Assembly (NCBI GenBank): GCA_903911145.1
Contig: CAIWCD010000002.1
Coordinates: 62,001 to 126,000 of the forward strand
DNA: 64,000 bases
Source: an uncultured delta proteobacterium
Lineage (GTDB): Bacteria; Myxococcota; Myxococcia; Myxococcales; 40CM-4-68-19
Reading direction: 5' to 3'
The position numbers were made by a program, and so were the translations under genes. Below, one piece after another: positions 33,809-44,312 of this stretch. The notes beneath the pieces were generated by a model. It was not told the origin of the DNA. It saw nothing but the letters and a program-made list of their open reading frames with translations, and made no database searches. How positions within the stretch are numbered: position 1 is the stretch's first letter; every line of letters starts with the position of its first letter.

Positions 33809-34549
33809 TCATTCAGTCGGGCGGAACGCGCCTTTGTTTCCGAGTTTGGGAAAGCCGCGCGAGACGCTTCGGTAGTGGAAGATGAAGCTCGACGGCACAT
33901 AGCAGCAGGCGCGATTCATCTTCCTCCAGCGCGTCTGCAGCTCATCTTCATTTCCCGTCAGCCGGTGCTTGGGATCAAAGACGTGCTCCGCATCGAAGGC
34001 ACCGCTCCACCAGACGTCGGTCTTTGCCATCATGAAGAAGCCATTCACGTGGGCCGGCTTGTGGCAGACGCCGGGATATCGCGTGCGCAGCGCGCTCGCC
34101 TGTTCGGCAAGCAGCGCGGGATCGTCGCTCAATTGATATCCCGGTAGATGGCGCTCGATATCCTGTGTCGGCAGATATCCCGGCGCGTTGCTCAACGGTC
34201 CGGCCAGCGAAACGCCCGCTTCAATCGCGTCTCGCAGCGGCTCGAACCAGCCCGGTGTGAAACGGATATCGCTGTTGGTGCAGACGGCATATCGGCTGCC
34301 CAGTTCGCGCGCGCGCGAAAGGCCCCAGTTCCACGAGCGGGTTAATCCGGCCCATTCATTAAAATGGTGCCGCTCTAGTCGTTCCTGCGGCCACGCTTTC
34401 CAATCGACGCTGTCCCAATCGGGGCTGCAATCATCGACCACGAGGCACTGCAGATCGATCCTCGGCGTGACCGCGAAGAGGCTCTCGGCTGCGCGCCGCG
34501 CATAATCGAAATGGCCAAACGTGGGGAGGACAACGGTCAACTCGGGCAT
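33809..34549 (-). CDS. GT2 glycosyltransferase
   Basis: VVDDCS, SWNWG, TNSD, VNGFF, GNEDE, FHYRS; TGATG-coupled to the upstream gene. Confidence 0.85.
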   Translation of the reverse strand: MPELTVVLPTFGHFDYARRAAESLFAVTPRIDLQCLVVDDCSPDWDSVDWKAWPQERLERHHFNEWAGLTRSWNWGLSRARELGSRYAVCTNSDIRFTPGWFEPLRDAIEAGVSLAGPLSNAPGYLPTQDIERHLPGYQLSDDPALLAEQASALRTRYPGVCHKPAHVNGFFMMAKTDVWWSGAFDAEHVFDPKHRLTGNEDELQTRWRKMNRACCYVPSSFIFHYRSVSRGFPKLGNKGAFRPTE

Positions 34550-36090
34550 CACCGTCCGCCTTGAAGCAAGGGGCCCATCCGCGCCGAAAGCGCGTCGGCA
34601 TCGTCCTTCGCGAGCAGCTCTCCGGCATTCTTCATCAGCGCCGGCCAATAGGCAGAGAGATCCGCGCGCGCAAGCGGCTGCCCATTGCCGAAGTCACGGT
34701 TGGTCTGTGCGAATCGCTCAATCGCGTTCGGCTTGTTTCCAATCGCGCTGATATGTCCCACGCCTGGCTGGCTCCATCGATAGATGTAGCTGACCGTCGT
34801 CGCCAGCAGCGTCGCATCCGGATCTGCCGGCGCGCGATCCTCTTCGTGATCAGGAATGACATATGCGCGCTTTGCACGCGTGAAGGCCTCAAGCAGAGCC
34901 TTGGCCTGCCCGCTGTGAATCGGCTGATATCCACCGAGCGCAAGCGCCGCCTCGCGCTTGAAGACCATCGTCCCTTCATAGACGTTGTGCTGGATCCCCT
35001 TCACCACCAGATTCGGCCCCGCGACCCGCGGCGCATCCGGCGGGGAGACGAGCGACCCGAGCATTCCCCACGCACCCGCCGACTTCACGCAGTCCATCTT
35101 CGTACGCAAGAGCGCTGCCACGCTGCGCGAGAGGTGCCAGGGCAGATAGAGATCGTCGTCATCCCACTGCGCGACCAGCTCGGTTTGCGCCATTTCCAAT
35201 AACGCCTGGCGCTTCTCCCCGAGATTAGAAAACATCTTCGGGACGTTTTTAATCTCGATGATTCCCTTAAACTCATCCGCGACGGTTAATGGGGTTTCCG
35301 CATCATTGAGGATCAGCAGCCGCTTGCGCGGATAGTCCTGATTGAGGAAGCAGGTCACCACGTCCTGAAGCAGCGTAAAGCGCCCATAGGTCGCGCAGAG
35401 GCTGGTGATCCAGGGCAACTGATCGGCGGCGAGATCGGCGAGCGGCTGGATCCAGAGCGGCTTCGCGACAGGAGGCTTGAGGCGCTCTGCGAGCGGTTCC
35501 GCGTGAGTCAGATTCAGCCACGCTGTCCGCACCTTCGCGAAATCCTGGTAGCTCACCTGCTCGGCGTTCATCGGATCGCCGCTGAGCGAAAGCGGTTTCG
35601 CCGGCGTGCTCGGGTCGATGATTCCCACGCCGTGATCGGTATCGAGCACGAAGCAGCGATAGGGCAGGTCCATCCGCAACCGGACGAACGCGCGCCAGAC
35701 ATCGCCGTTCCAATCCTTCGCCTGCCGCGGAACGATCTGCGCAGCCTCGGTGGAGGGATTGCAATCGTGCATCACCACCAGCCCGCCGGGAGCAAGCCGC
35801 GAGAGCGCATTTCGCACGTCGCGCAGCACCTGATCGGCGTGGTGCAGGCCGTCGACGAAGATCAGATCGAACGTTTCCTGATTGGCGGCGAAGAAATCAT
35901 CCGAGCCCATCGCGTGGAGAATTTCACTCGGCGAAGGCTTGAAGAGCGGCGAAGGATCGACCGCGACCTTGCGCGTGGCGCCGCGGATGGCGCGGAAGCA
36001 GTGCCCGTACTGGACACCGATCTCGAGATAACGCCGATATCCGCGCTGGCGGATGAGCTCATTGAGGATGTCTATTCTCGTGACCGCCAT
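34549..36090 (-). CDS. Class I methyltransferase (Methyltransf_24-like) fused to a GT2 domain
   Basis: YLEIGV, FDLIFVDGLH, HDCNP, WNGDVW; then CATYGR, QDYP, WDDDD. Confidence 0.85.
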   Translation of the reverse strand: MAVTRIDILNELIRQRGYRRYLEIGVQYGHCFRAIRGATRKVAVDPSPLFKPSPSEILHAMGSDDFFAANQETFDLIFVDGLHHADQVLRDVRNALSRLAPGGLVVMHDCNPSTEAAQIVPRQAKDWNGDVWRAFVRLRMDLPYRCFVLDTDHGVGIIDPSTPAKPLSLSGDPMNAEQVSYQDFAKVRTAWLNLTHAEPLAERLKPPVAKPLWIQPLADLAADQLPWITSLCATYGRFTLLQDVVTCFLNQDYPRKRLLILNDAETPLTVADEFKGIIEIKNVPKMFSNLGEKRQALLEMAQTELVAQWDDDDLYLPWHLSRSVAALLRTKMDCVKSAGAWGMLGSLVSPPDAPRVAGPNLVVKGIQHNVYEGTMVFKREAALALGGYQPIHSGQAKALLEAFTRAKRAYVIPDHEEDRAPADPDATLLATTVSYIYRWSQPGVGHISAIGNKPNAIERFAQTNRDFGNGQPLARADLSAYWPALMKNAGELLAKDDADALSARMGPLLQGGR

Positions 36091-36169
36091 CGAGCTCCCC
36101 GTGCGCGCCGCTCTCGATCTAATCTCTGGTTATACACGGGGCGTTCTGCAAGCCACGCGAGGTGAATGC

Positions 36170-36922
36170 ATGTCGATCCTCATCGTCCAGACCGGTACGT
36201 GTGGCCCTCTCGCTACGGCGCACGGTGATTACCCCGAATGGTTTCGCCGCAGCCTCGGCCGCACCGCCGAAGAGATGCCGCTGCTGAGCGCGCACGAGGG
36301 GATGCGGCTGACTCCCGACGCGCTCTTTTCGCGCGGCACCAAGGGGATCATCGTCACCGGCTCGCCGCTCTCGATGACGACTCCCGAGGCCTGGATGGAC
36401 GAGCTGGCGGGAGAGCTGCACCGCGCTGGCAGCCGCGGACTGCCCGTGCTCGGCGTCTGCTTCGGGCACCAGATGCTCTGCCACGGCGCGGGCGTCTCCG
36501 TCGTGCGCAACCCGCGCGGGCGCGAGATTGGCACCGTGCAGGTCCAGCTCACCGAGGCGGGCGCGCGCGATCCGCTCTTTGCCTGGACTCGCGCGCAGGC
36601 AGGCTGGGCGCAGGATTGCGCGCACGGACTCGTCTCGGTGCAGGCAACGCACGTCGATGCGGTCTATCCGGTTCCAGCGAGAGCGACGCTGCTGGCGAGC
36701 AACGAGAACACTCCGGTGCAGGCGGTGCGCTTCTCGGAGACGGTCGCGTCGGTGCAGTTCCATCCGGAGATCGCTCCCCAGACTCTGCGCGACCTGATCG
36801 TCTCGCGCGCAGAGCTGATCAAGGGCGAGGGCCGCGACGCCGCGCAGATCGCGCAGGCCGTCCACGACACGCGCTCAGTCGAGCTGCTTCGCGCCTTCGC
36901 CGAGCAGGCCCGGCACGCGTAG
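36170..36922 (+). CDS. Type 1 glutamine amidotransferase
   Basis: GVCFGHQ nucleophile, QFHPE; GAGG RBS. Confidence 0.9.
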   Translation: MSILIVQTGTCGPLATAHGDYPEWFRRSLGRTAEEMPLLSAHEGMRLTPDALFSRGTKGIIVTGSPLSMTTPEAWMDELAGELHRAGSRGLPVLGVCFGHQMLCHGAGVSVVRNPRGREIGTVQVQLTEAGARDPLFAWTRAQAGWAQDCAHGLVSVQATHVDAVYPVPARATLLASNENTPVQAVRFSETVASVQFHPEIAPQTLRDLIVSRAELIKGEGRDAAQIAQAVHDTRSVELLRAFAEQARHA

Positions 36923-36961
36923 GCGATCGCTGCGAGCCGCTCTGGGAGCGGACGGGAGCGA

Positions 36962-37426
36962 TCATCCCTTGATCGGTGCGCAGTCGGTGCAGGTGTCGGC
37001 GGGAATCAGCCCGATCCGCTGCAGGCGTGCGTAGGTCCAGCAGCCCATGCAGAAGCCGAGCGCGGCCTCCAGCGTGGCGAAGAGCAGCACCAGCCCGACG
37101 AGCGACCAGGCGATGCGATCCTGGCCGGCCGCAAAGAGCGCAGACGCACAGAGGGTGCAGAGCGCGCCGATCCCTTGCGCGAATCGCTTCGGCGCGCCAG
37201 TGACCGGTCGCACGTCCCACAGCCTGGCCGCGCTGAACATCGCCACGCGCGCCAGCGGACTGAACCGCGGCCCCCAGCCAAGCCGGAGGAGAAAGCCGAG
37301 CGCGAGCGGCGGCACAAGCCAGGGCAACTGCAGCACAAGCGCCAGAGAGAGGGTGAGCGCGACGACGCCGGCGACCACGCGGGCCGCTCGTTCGTTGACC
37401 TGCTGCGGGAAGGAGAAGAGCGTCAT
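36962..37426 (-). CDS. DUF4395-like membrane protein
   Basis: VNERAAR, PKRFAQGIG, LEAALGFCMGC. Confidence 0.85.
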   Translation of the reverse strand: MTLFSFPQQVNERAARVVAGVVALTLSLALVLQLPWLVPPLALGFLLRLGWGPRFSPLARVAMFSAARLWDVRPVTGAPKRFAQGIGALCTLCASALFAAGQDRIAWSLVGLVLLFATLEAALGFCMGCWTYARLQRIGLIPADTCTDCAPIKG

Positions 37427-37493
37427 GTTCAACCTTTCGTGAGCCTTGGATGCGGGGCAACGAGAAAGGTCGCGCTCTGCTAACATCGGTCGC

Positions 37494-38222
37494 GTGATCC
37501 TCAAGCTCTCCATCTGGCGCGACGTCGAGGAGTATCTGGCGCGGCGCAACGACGTCGTCATTCCCGTCGGGAGCACCGAGCAGCACGGGCCGTCGGGGCC
37601 GCTGGGCACCGATCTGATCGCCGCGGAAGAGGCCGCCGCGGGCCTCGGCGAAGAGCGGCTCTGCGCCGTCGCGCCGACGATCCCCTTTGGCACAAGCCAG
37701 CTCCACAGCGCCTTTCCCGGCACCATCAGCCTGCGGCCGATGACGATGATCGCGGTGGTGCGCGACGTGATCGCAAGCCTCCATCGGCAGGGCTTTCGTC
37801 GCTTCCTCCTCGTGAATGCGCATCCGGAAAGCGCGGGCGTGCTCGAGGCCGCGGTTCAGCAGAGCCAGGGCGATCTCGACGGCGTGCGCTGCCTGCTCTT
37901 CAACTGGTGGGAAGCGCCCGAGGTGAAAGCGACGATGCTCGAGCTGTTCGGCGCGCGCGAAGGGCAGCATGCGACGCCGGGCGAGCTGTCGCTGGTGCGC
38001 AAGTTCTATCCGCGAGGCGTGCTCGATCTGCCGCCGATGGAGCGATTCGAGCCCGTGGCTGCGCCCGCGCGCTGGGCTCCCGCCGACATGCGCACGCGCT
38101 ACCCGGACGGCAACATCGGCAGCGATCCCTCGCTCGCCAGCGGCGCCTCGGGAGACCGCCTCTTCGTCGTGCTCCAGCGTGCGCTCGTCGCGGCGCATCG
38201 GCGGCTCGTCGAGGAGCCGTAG
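37494..38222 (+). CDS. Creatininase-family amidohydrolase
   Basis: PVGSTEQHG..GTD, FPGT, VNAH, QHATPGE. Confidence 0.88.
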   Translation: MILKLSIWRDVEEYLARRNDVVIPVGSTEQHGPSGPLGTDLIAAEEAAAGLGEERLCAVAPTIPFGTSQLHSAFPGTISLRPMTMIAVVRDVIASLHRQGFRRFLLVNAHPESAGVLEAAVQQSQGDLDGVRCLLFNWWEAPEVKATMLELFGAREGQHATPGELSLVRKFYPRGVLDLPPMERFEPVAAPARWAPADMRTRYPDGNIGSDPSLASGASGDRLFVVLQRALVAAHRRLVEEP

Positions 38223-38234
38223 GTCGAGCGACAG

Positions 38235-40898
38235 CTACCCGAGCTCCTTCACCAGCCAGACCGGCAGATGGTGCTCGGCGAGCAGCGCGAAGAACGATGA
38301 GCCGCGCGGAATCATCTCGAATACGCCGAGGCCGCCGGTCTTCTCCAGACCGCGAAAGAGCGCCCGCCCCGAGTAGACGAACAGCTCGAGCAGCGCGCCA
38401 GTGTGCCGCTCGACGAGCATGACCAGCGAGAGCTGCTGCTGCGGAAAGACGAACTTCTCGGCGAGCGAGGGATGGAGCGCCAGCGTGACGAGCTCACGGT
38501 GCAGCACGATGAGATCCTCGTTCGCGCGCGACTCGAGATAGGCCGCGAGCGCCTCTTCGGAGACGGCCGCGCCGCCGTTGTAGATGTCGCCACCGTTCGC
38601 GTTCGGCCCGTCGTTCGAGAGCCGCTGCACGAAGAGATGCACGCTCTCGCGCAGCGAGAGCTCCGCGGCGTCGAGATCTCCGCGGTCGAGCGCGCCACGC
38701 ACCCGCGCCTCGAGATCAGGAGAGATGGGGATCGAGAGCGGCTGGGCGAGGAAGACTTGAAGAGGACAGGTGAGCCGCGGCCTGCCCATGAGCGCACGCG
38801 TCGCCGCCAGCTGCGACTCGACGCGCGCACGCACGCCGCCGTTGCGCGCCGTGCCGCGTGCGCTCTCGTTGATCTTCTCGGCGATCGAAACCTTGATCGA
38901 ACCGAAGATGTGATCGTCGAACGTCGCCACTTCCGGCGCGGCGCCGAAGGAGATGAAGATGCCGGCGTCGAGCTTCTCGCCGCGCACCAGCGCGAGCTCC
39001 TGCTCCCGCTCATCCGCGAGGCGCGCGAGCTCCTGGTGCAGCACGCGCAGCCTCGTGCGCGGCTCCTCGCCGGATTCCGGATCGATCGTGCCACGCGCGA
39101 GCGCGTCGTTCGCCACGGCGATCTGCCGGTCGAGCAGCTCCCGGCGCACCTCGACCCGGTGCTCGATGTCGCGCGCCGAGCGGGCCACCACGTCGCGGTT
39201 GGCGTCTCCATCGAGGCGCCGTGCGTAGGCCTGCAGCGCGGCGCGGATGTCCGCAGCCAGCTCGACGAGCGAGGCGATGTCTCCCGAGAAGCTGACGGCG
39301 TCGCCGAGGAGATTGTTGAGATAGAGGCCGCCCTTGTCGCCCAGATGCGCGGCGCCGTGGTGGTGCTTGGCGGCCGCCGTGAGGATCGGCTGGTAGAATT
39401 CGCGCTGGAGGAAGTCTGCGACCACGGCCTCCTTCAGCATCGCGGTTCGCTTGGTGAAGTCCTTCACGTCGCAGAAGAGGTGGCCCATCTGCGTCGGGCC
39501 TGCGCGCTTGGCGAGCACGGCGTGATCCGAGAAGCCGAACCAGTAGAGGCGCCCGCGCTCGTATTCCGAGGTGAGTCCGTCCTCGCTCTCGCCGCCTGAG
39601 CGATGCGCGAGAGCGCTGCTGGCCTGCTCGAGAAGCTGCTCGCACGCGGCGTCGACAGCGAGCGCGGCGATCGATTGGGCCACCAGCTTGAGGGCCTCGT
39701 TCGCCGAGAGCCAGCCGTGCGCGGGATGATCGTCGCTCCACTCCGCGGCGGCGTGGGCGATCTTGTCCAGCCGGCTGCGCGCCTCGGGATGCGTGCAGGC
39801 CTGCGCGCGCTGCTCGGCCGCGTGCGAGAACGCTTTGCGACGCTCGGGAGTCGCGAGCACCCGCTCGAGCGCGCCCGGCAGGCCGAACAGCTGCGGCAGG
39901 GTCAGTCCCTCGAACTGGAGCTGCGGTGAGCGTCCCAGCTCGACCAGCTTGAGCGAAGCGAACAGCTCGTTGCGCAGCGCAGCCTGCGCGCCGATCCGCT
40001 CTGCGCGCAGCACGATCTCGCGCGGGCCCGATGCGAGCTCGGCGAGCGCCTCGCGCGCGATCTGTTCGGGCGTGACTCCCGCGAGAAGTTGCGCGCGCTT
40101 CGCCTCGAGTTTCGTCGGCAGCTCGAGGAACGGCACGCCATACGCTGTGAGCCCACTGCCGGGCAGGAGCTTGCCGCCGCCGAACCAGACGAGCGGATGC
40201 AGGCTCGATTCAATCTGAGGATGATCGAGCGGAAGCTGCGCCTCGTGCGCCGCGAGCCGCAGGGCGAGCAGCAGACCTGCACCGACCGCGCCCGAGATGA
40301 TCCGCGTCAGTTGCGGAGTCAGGCCGAGCGCGCGCAGCCCCGCGATCGTCGGCTCCGCGCAGGCCCGCAGCGCGAGCAGCGCAAGAAAGGGAGTCGGCTC
40401 GTGCTGGCTGCTCTCGCCGCTCTCTTCGCGTGCGCGCGACAGCAGCGTGTTGAGAGCGCCGAGCAGCGTCCGCCCCGGACGGCCCTGCGCGATCCAGGCG
40501 GCGACCAGGCCGGCGTCGAGCGCTGGATGCAGCTGTGCTGCGTCGGAGAAGAGCCGCCGCACCGCCTCCCGCGTCACCGACGCTGGAGCGCTGTACGAGA
40601 TCGGCCGCAGCAGCTGCGGATCGAATCCGTTCCGCAAGAGCAGCCGATCGTACTCGTCGGGCCGCAGCGCCGCGCGATGCCGCATGCAGAGCAGCTGCGC
40701 GAGATCGAGCGCCGCTTGCTCGAAGAGCGTGACAAGCGCGCCATCGACCGCCACGGGAATGCAGAGATCGGCGAGCGAGGTTCCGAGGTGGAAGCGCAGG
40801 TTGCGCCCATCGAGCCGCAGCAACTCGCCAAGCGAGCGCCCTCCCGCCGCACCCCGCAGGCGCGGCCACAACGAGAGCCTCTCGGACGCGTAACTCAC
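38235..40898 (-). CDS. Large protein with C-terminal class III nucleotide cyclase-like domain
   Basis: HLFCDVKDFT, LLGDAV, GIFISFG, INESAR correspond to FxDIxxFT, GD, GIH.G, VN.AAR. Confidence 0.7.
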   Translation of the reverse strand: MSYASERLSLWPRLRGAAGGRSLGELLRLDGRNLRFHLGTSLADLCIPVAVDGALVTLFEQAALDLAQLLCMRHRAALRPDEYDRLLLRNGFDPQLLRPISYSAPASVTREAVRRLFSDAAQLHPALDAGLVAAWIAQGRPGRTLLGALNTLLSRAREESGESSQHEPTPFLALLALRACAEPTIAGLRALGLTPQLTRIISGAVGAGLLLALRLAAHEAQLPLDHPQIESSLHPLVWFGGGKLLPGSGLTAYGVPFLELPTKLEAKRAQLLAGVTPEQIAREALAELASGPREIVLRAERIGAQAALRNELFASLKLVELGRSPQLQFEGLTLPQLFGLPGALERVLATPERRKAFSHAAEQRAQACTHPEARSRLDKIAHAAAEWSDDHPAHGWLSANEALKLVAQSIAALAVDAACEQLLEQASSALAHRSGGESEDGLTSEYERGRLYWFGFSDHAVLAKRAGPTQMGHLFCDVKDFTKRTAMLKEAVVADFLQREFYQPILTAAAKHHHGAAHLGDKGGLYLNNLLGDAVSFSGDIASLVELAADIRAALQAYARRLDGDANRDVVARSARDIEHRVEVRRELLDRQIAVANDALARGTIDPESGEEPRTRLRVLHQELARLADEREQELALVRGEKLDAGIFISFGAAPEVATFDDHIFGSIKVSIAEKINESARGTARNGGVRARVESQLAATRALMGRPRLTCPLQVFLAQPLSIPISPDLEARVRGALDRGDLDAAELSLRESVHLFVQRLSNDGPNANGGDIYNGGAAVSEEALAAYLESRANEDLIVLHRELVTLALHPSLAEKFVFPQQQLSLVMLVERHTGALLELFVYSGRALFRGLEKTGGLGVFEMIPRGSSFFALLAEHHLPVWLVKELG

Positions 40899-41059
40899 GC
40901 GGGCACTTTAGCTTAGGACCGCCTCGGGACGCGCAGGTTCGCAGCGAGGTTTTTCTGCCGCACCGGCCAACTGACCGACCGACCATTGCAGCGCGCATTT
41001 CCCGCGGCTACTGTGCGCGACTCTTTTCGCCTGGCGCACCAGCTCTGCGCGGCTCTTAA

Positions 41060-41407
<348 letters not shown>

Positions 41408-41520
41408 AGATCGCAACGATTCATCAATCCCCGGCCAATCGAGGCCGGGTCAACCGCAGCGGGTTGCATGAGATCCGCTGACACCGGGAGCCCGGCGAGG
41501 GCACCCACAAGGAGCGCGAG

Positions 41521-42972
41521 ATGGCGTTGAAGCCGAAGGATGTTCTGGCCCTGGCGAAGGATCAGAAGGCGGTGATGGTCGACCTCAAGTTCATGGACTT
41601 CGTCGGCCTCTGGCAGCACTTCACCATCCCGCTCCCCGAATTGACCGAGGGGATCTTCGAAGAGGGCCTGGGCTTCGACGGCTCCTCGATCCGCGGCTGG
41701 GCGCCGATCCAGGCGAGCGACATGCTCGTCGTGCCGGACGCCGATACCGCGAAGATGGATCCGTTCATTAAAGATCCGACGCTCTCGATCATCTGCAACG
41801 TCGTCGATCCGATCACCAAGGAGCCCTACTCGCGCGACCCGCGCTTCATCGCGCAGAAGGCCGAGCGGTATCTCAAGGCGTCGGGCATCGGCGACGTGGC
41901 CTACTTCGGGCCCGAGGCCGAGTTCTTCATCTTCGACGGCATCTCCTACGATTCGTCGCCGAATGCTTCTCATTACAAGATCGAATCGCGCGAAGGCCAG
42001 TGGGAGACGGGCTCCGCCACCGAGCAGTATTTCGACGGTAAGCAGACCATTACCCGCCCGAACCTCGGATATAAGCCGCGATATAAGGAAGGATACTTCC
42101 CTGTCGCGCCGATTGATTCGCAGCAGGATATCCGCACCGAGATGTGCCTCTTCATGGAGAAGGTGGGCATCCAGGTCGAGCGCCAGCACCACGAGGTTGC
42201 GACGGCAGGCCAGGCGGAGATCGATATCCGCTACGATAGCCTCGTCAATACCGCCGATAAGCTGATGTGGTTCAAGTACATCATCAAGAATGTCGCATTG
42301 AAGAATGGCAAGACCGCGACGTTCATGCCCAAGCCGCTCTTCGGCGACAACGGCTCGGGAATGCATACCCACCAGTCGATCTGGAAGGCGGGCAAGCCGC
42401 TCTTCGCGGGCGATGGATATGCGGGTATGAGCGAGATGGCGCTGCACTATATGGGCGGCCTCTTGAAGCACGCGCGGGCGCTCGCAGCGATCTGCAATCC
42501 GACGACGAACTCCTATAAGCGGCTCGTTCCCGGATTCGAAGCGCCGGTGAACCTCGCCTATTCGTCGCGCAATCGATCGGCGTCGATCCGCATCCCGATG
42601 TATTCGCCGTCGCCAAAGGCCAAGCGCCTCGAGTTCCGCTCGCCGGATCCGTCGTGCAATCCCTATATGGCGTTCGCGGCGATGTTGATGGCCGGCCTCG
42701 ATGGTATCGAGAACCGGATCGATCCGGGAGAGCCGCTCGATAAGGATATCTACGGACTATCGCCCGAGGAGTTGAAGGACATTCCGAAGATGCCGGGCTC
42801 GCTCGAGGAGGCGCTGCAGTGCCTCAAGGACGATCACGAGTTCTTGCTCAAGGGCGATGTCTTCACGCAGGACGTGATCGATACCTGGATTGAATTGAAG
42901 ATCGAGAAGGAGCTGAACCCCGTCCGCCTGCGCCCGACGCCGATGGAGTTCGCGCTCTACTTCGATATCTAG
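41521..42972 (+). CDS. glnA: Type I glutamine synthetase
   Basis: [29 protein letters not shown]; adenylylation-site Tyr in DKDIY. Confidence 0.98.
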   Translation: MALKPKDVLALAKDQKAVMVDLKFMDFVGLWQHFTIPLPELTEGIFEEGLGFDGSSIRGWAPIQASDMLVVPDADTAKMDPFIKDPTLSIICNVVDPITKEPYSRDPRFIAQKAERYLKASGIGDVAYFGPEAEFFIFDGISYDSSPNASHYKIESREGQWETGSATEQYFDGKQTITRPNLGYKPRYKEGYFPVAPIDSQQDIRTEMCLFMEKVGIQVERQHHEVATAGQAEIDIRYDSLVNTADKLMWFKYIIKNVALKNGKTATFMPKPLFGDNGSGMHTHQSIWKAGKPLFAGDGYAGMSEMALHYMGGLLKHARALAAICNPTTNSYKRLVPGFEAPVNLAYSSRNRSASIRIPMYSPSPKAKRLEFRSPDPSCNPYMAFAAMLMAGLDGIENRIDPGEPLDKDIYGLSPEELKDIPKMPGSLEEALQCLKDDHEFLLKGDVFTQDVIDTWIELKIEKELNPVRLRPTPMEFALYFDI

Positions 42973-43015
42973 GGATATCGGCGCATATCCCCGAACTATC
43001 GGGATATCGGCGCAT
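42972..43015. repeat. 15-bp direct repeat GGGATATCGGCGCAT, two copies
   Basis: Copies at 42972-42986 and 43001-43015. Confidence 0.8.
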
Positions 43016-43019
43016 CAAC

Positions 43020-43057
43020 GAACGGCCTGTCCTTCGCGGGGCAGGCCGTTCTTGTTT
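43020..43057 (+). terminator. glnBA intrinsic terminator
   Basis: GAACGGCCTG..CAGGCCGTTC stem followed by TTGTTT. Confidence 0.85.
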
Positions 43058-43163
43058 GAGAGCCCCTGTCGGATCTTCTCGCTTCATTCGGAACGGCGCG
43101 CCGCAACCACCTCGTTAGCATCGGGCGACCTGCCCTCATGCCCAGCACCGAGCACGAACGCAC

Positions 43164-44300
43164 ATGACCACCAAGAGCAAGATCTGGATCGCCGTCGTCG
43201 TCGGAATCATCGTCGTCATCGGCGCGCTCGCCGGGACCAAGGCGCTCCAGATCGGAGCCATGAAGAGCGCGGGCGCGTCGTTCGTGCCGCCTCCGGAATC
43301 GGTGACGACCGCGAAGGCCGAGATGGCCGACTGGCGCGCTTCGCGCGCTGCCACGGGCACGCTGGTCGCGCAGCACAGCGTGACGCTCGCCGCGGAGCTT
43401 CCGGGACGGGTGACGGAGATCCTCTTCGACTCTGGTGCGACCGTGCATCGCGGGCAGGAGCTGGTGAAGCTCGACAGCTCGGTGGAGCAGGCCCAGCTTG
43501 CCTCCGCGGAGGCCGACGATGTTCTCGCCAAGCAATCTCTGACGCGCGCGAACGCGCTGCGCGAGCACGGGAGCAACACGCCCGCCGATATCGAAGGCGC
43601 CCAGGCTCGGGCCGCGCAGACGCAGGCGATTCTTGCGCAGCTGCGCGCGACGATTGCCAAGAAGGTCATCCGCGCGCCGTTTGATGGACGCATCGGCATC
43701 CGCCAGGTCGAGCTCGGGCAGATCGTCTCCGCCGCGACGCCGCTCGCAAGCCTGCAGTCGGTGAGCCCGATCTACGCCGAGTTCTGGCTCCCGCAGCAGA
43801 CGCTCTCGGATCTCAAGCTGGGCATGGAGACGACGCTGCACAGCGACGCCTATCCGAGCGCCGTCTGGCGCGGACGCATCAGCACCATCACTCCCGAGGT
43901 CGACGTCGCGACCCGCAACGTCAAGGTGCGCGCGACCTTCCCGAACATCGACGGACAGCTGCGGCCCGGCATGTTCGGCAACATCGAGGTGCTCTCGCCC
44001 GACCAGCACGCGCAGCTGATCATCCCAGCGACGGCGGTGCTCTACGCGCCCTACGGCGACTCGGTCTATTCGGCGGTGGAGAAGAAGAGCGCAGACGGCA
44101 AGAGCACGCTGACGGCCCAGCAGAAGTTCATCCGGCTGGGAGAGCGACGCGGCGATTACGTCGCGGTCGAATCGGGCCTCACCGCGGGAGAGGAGATCGT
44201 CTCGAGCGGAGTCTTCAAGCTGCGCAACGGCTCGTCGCTCGCAGTGAAGAACGAGCTCAAGCCCGACGTGCAGGCGCACCCCAACCCGCTCGAGCGATAG
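43164..44300 (+). CDS. RND efflux membrane fusion protein
   Basis: N-terminal TM, IRAPFDGRIG, LRPGMF. Confidence 0.93.
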   Translation: MTTKSKIWIAVVVGIIVVIGALAGTKALQIGAMKSAGASFVPPPESVTTAKAEMADWRASRAATGTLVAQHSVTLAAELPGRVTEILFDSGATVHRGQELVKLDSSVEQAQLASAEADDVLAKQSLTRANALREHGSNTPADIEGAQARAAQTQAILAQLRATIAKKVIRAPFDGRIGIRQVELGQIVSAATPLASLQSVSPIYAEFWLPQQTLSDLKLGMETTLHSDAYPSAVWRGRISTITPEVDVATRNVKVRATFPNIDGQLRPGMFGNIEVLSPDQHAQLIIPATAVLYAPYGDSVYSAVEKKSADGKSTLTAQQKFIRLGERRGDYVAVESGLTAGEEIVSSGVFKLRNGSSLAVKNELKPDVQAHPNPLER

Positions 44301-44312
44301 GAAAGCCGCGCC

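Noticed and set aside
37494..38222. Mycofactocin-type RiPP cluster around the creatininase
   Set aside because: No radical SAM enzyme or precursor peptide nearby.
41030..41050. Sigma-54 promoter for glnB (TGGCGC..TGC)
   Set aside because: GG-to-GC spacing is 12 nt rather than the required 10.
42972..43015. Possible mini-CRISPR
   Set aside because: Only two 15-bp copies with a 14-nt spacer and no cas genes.
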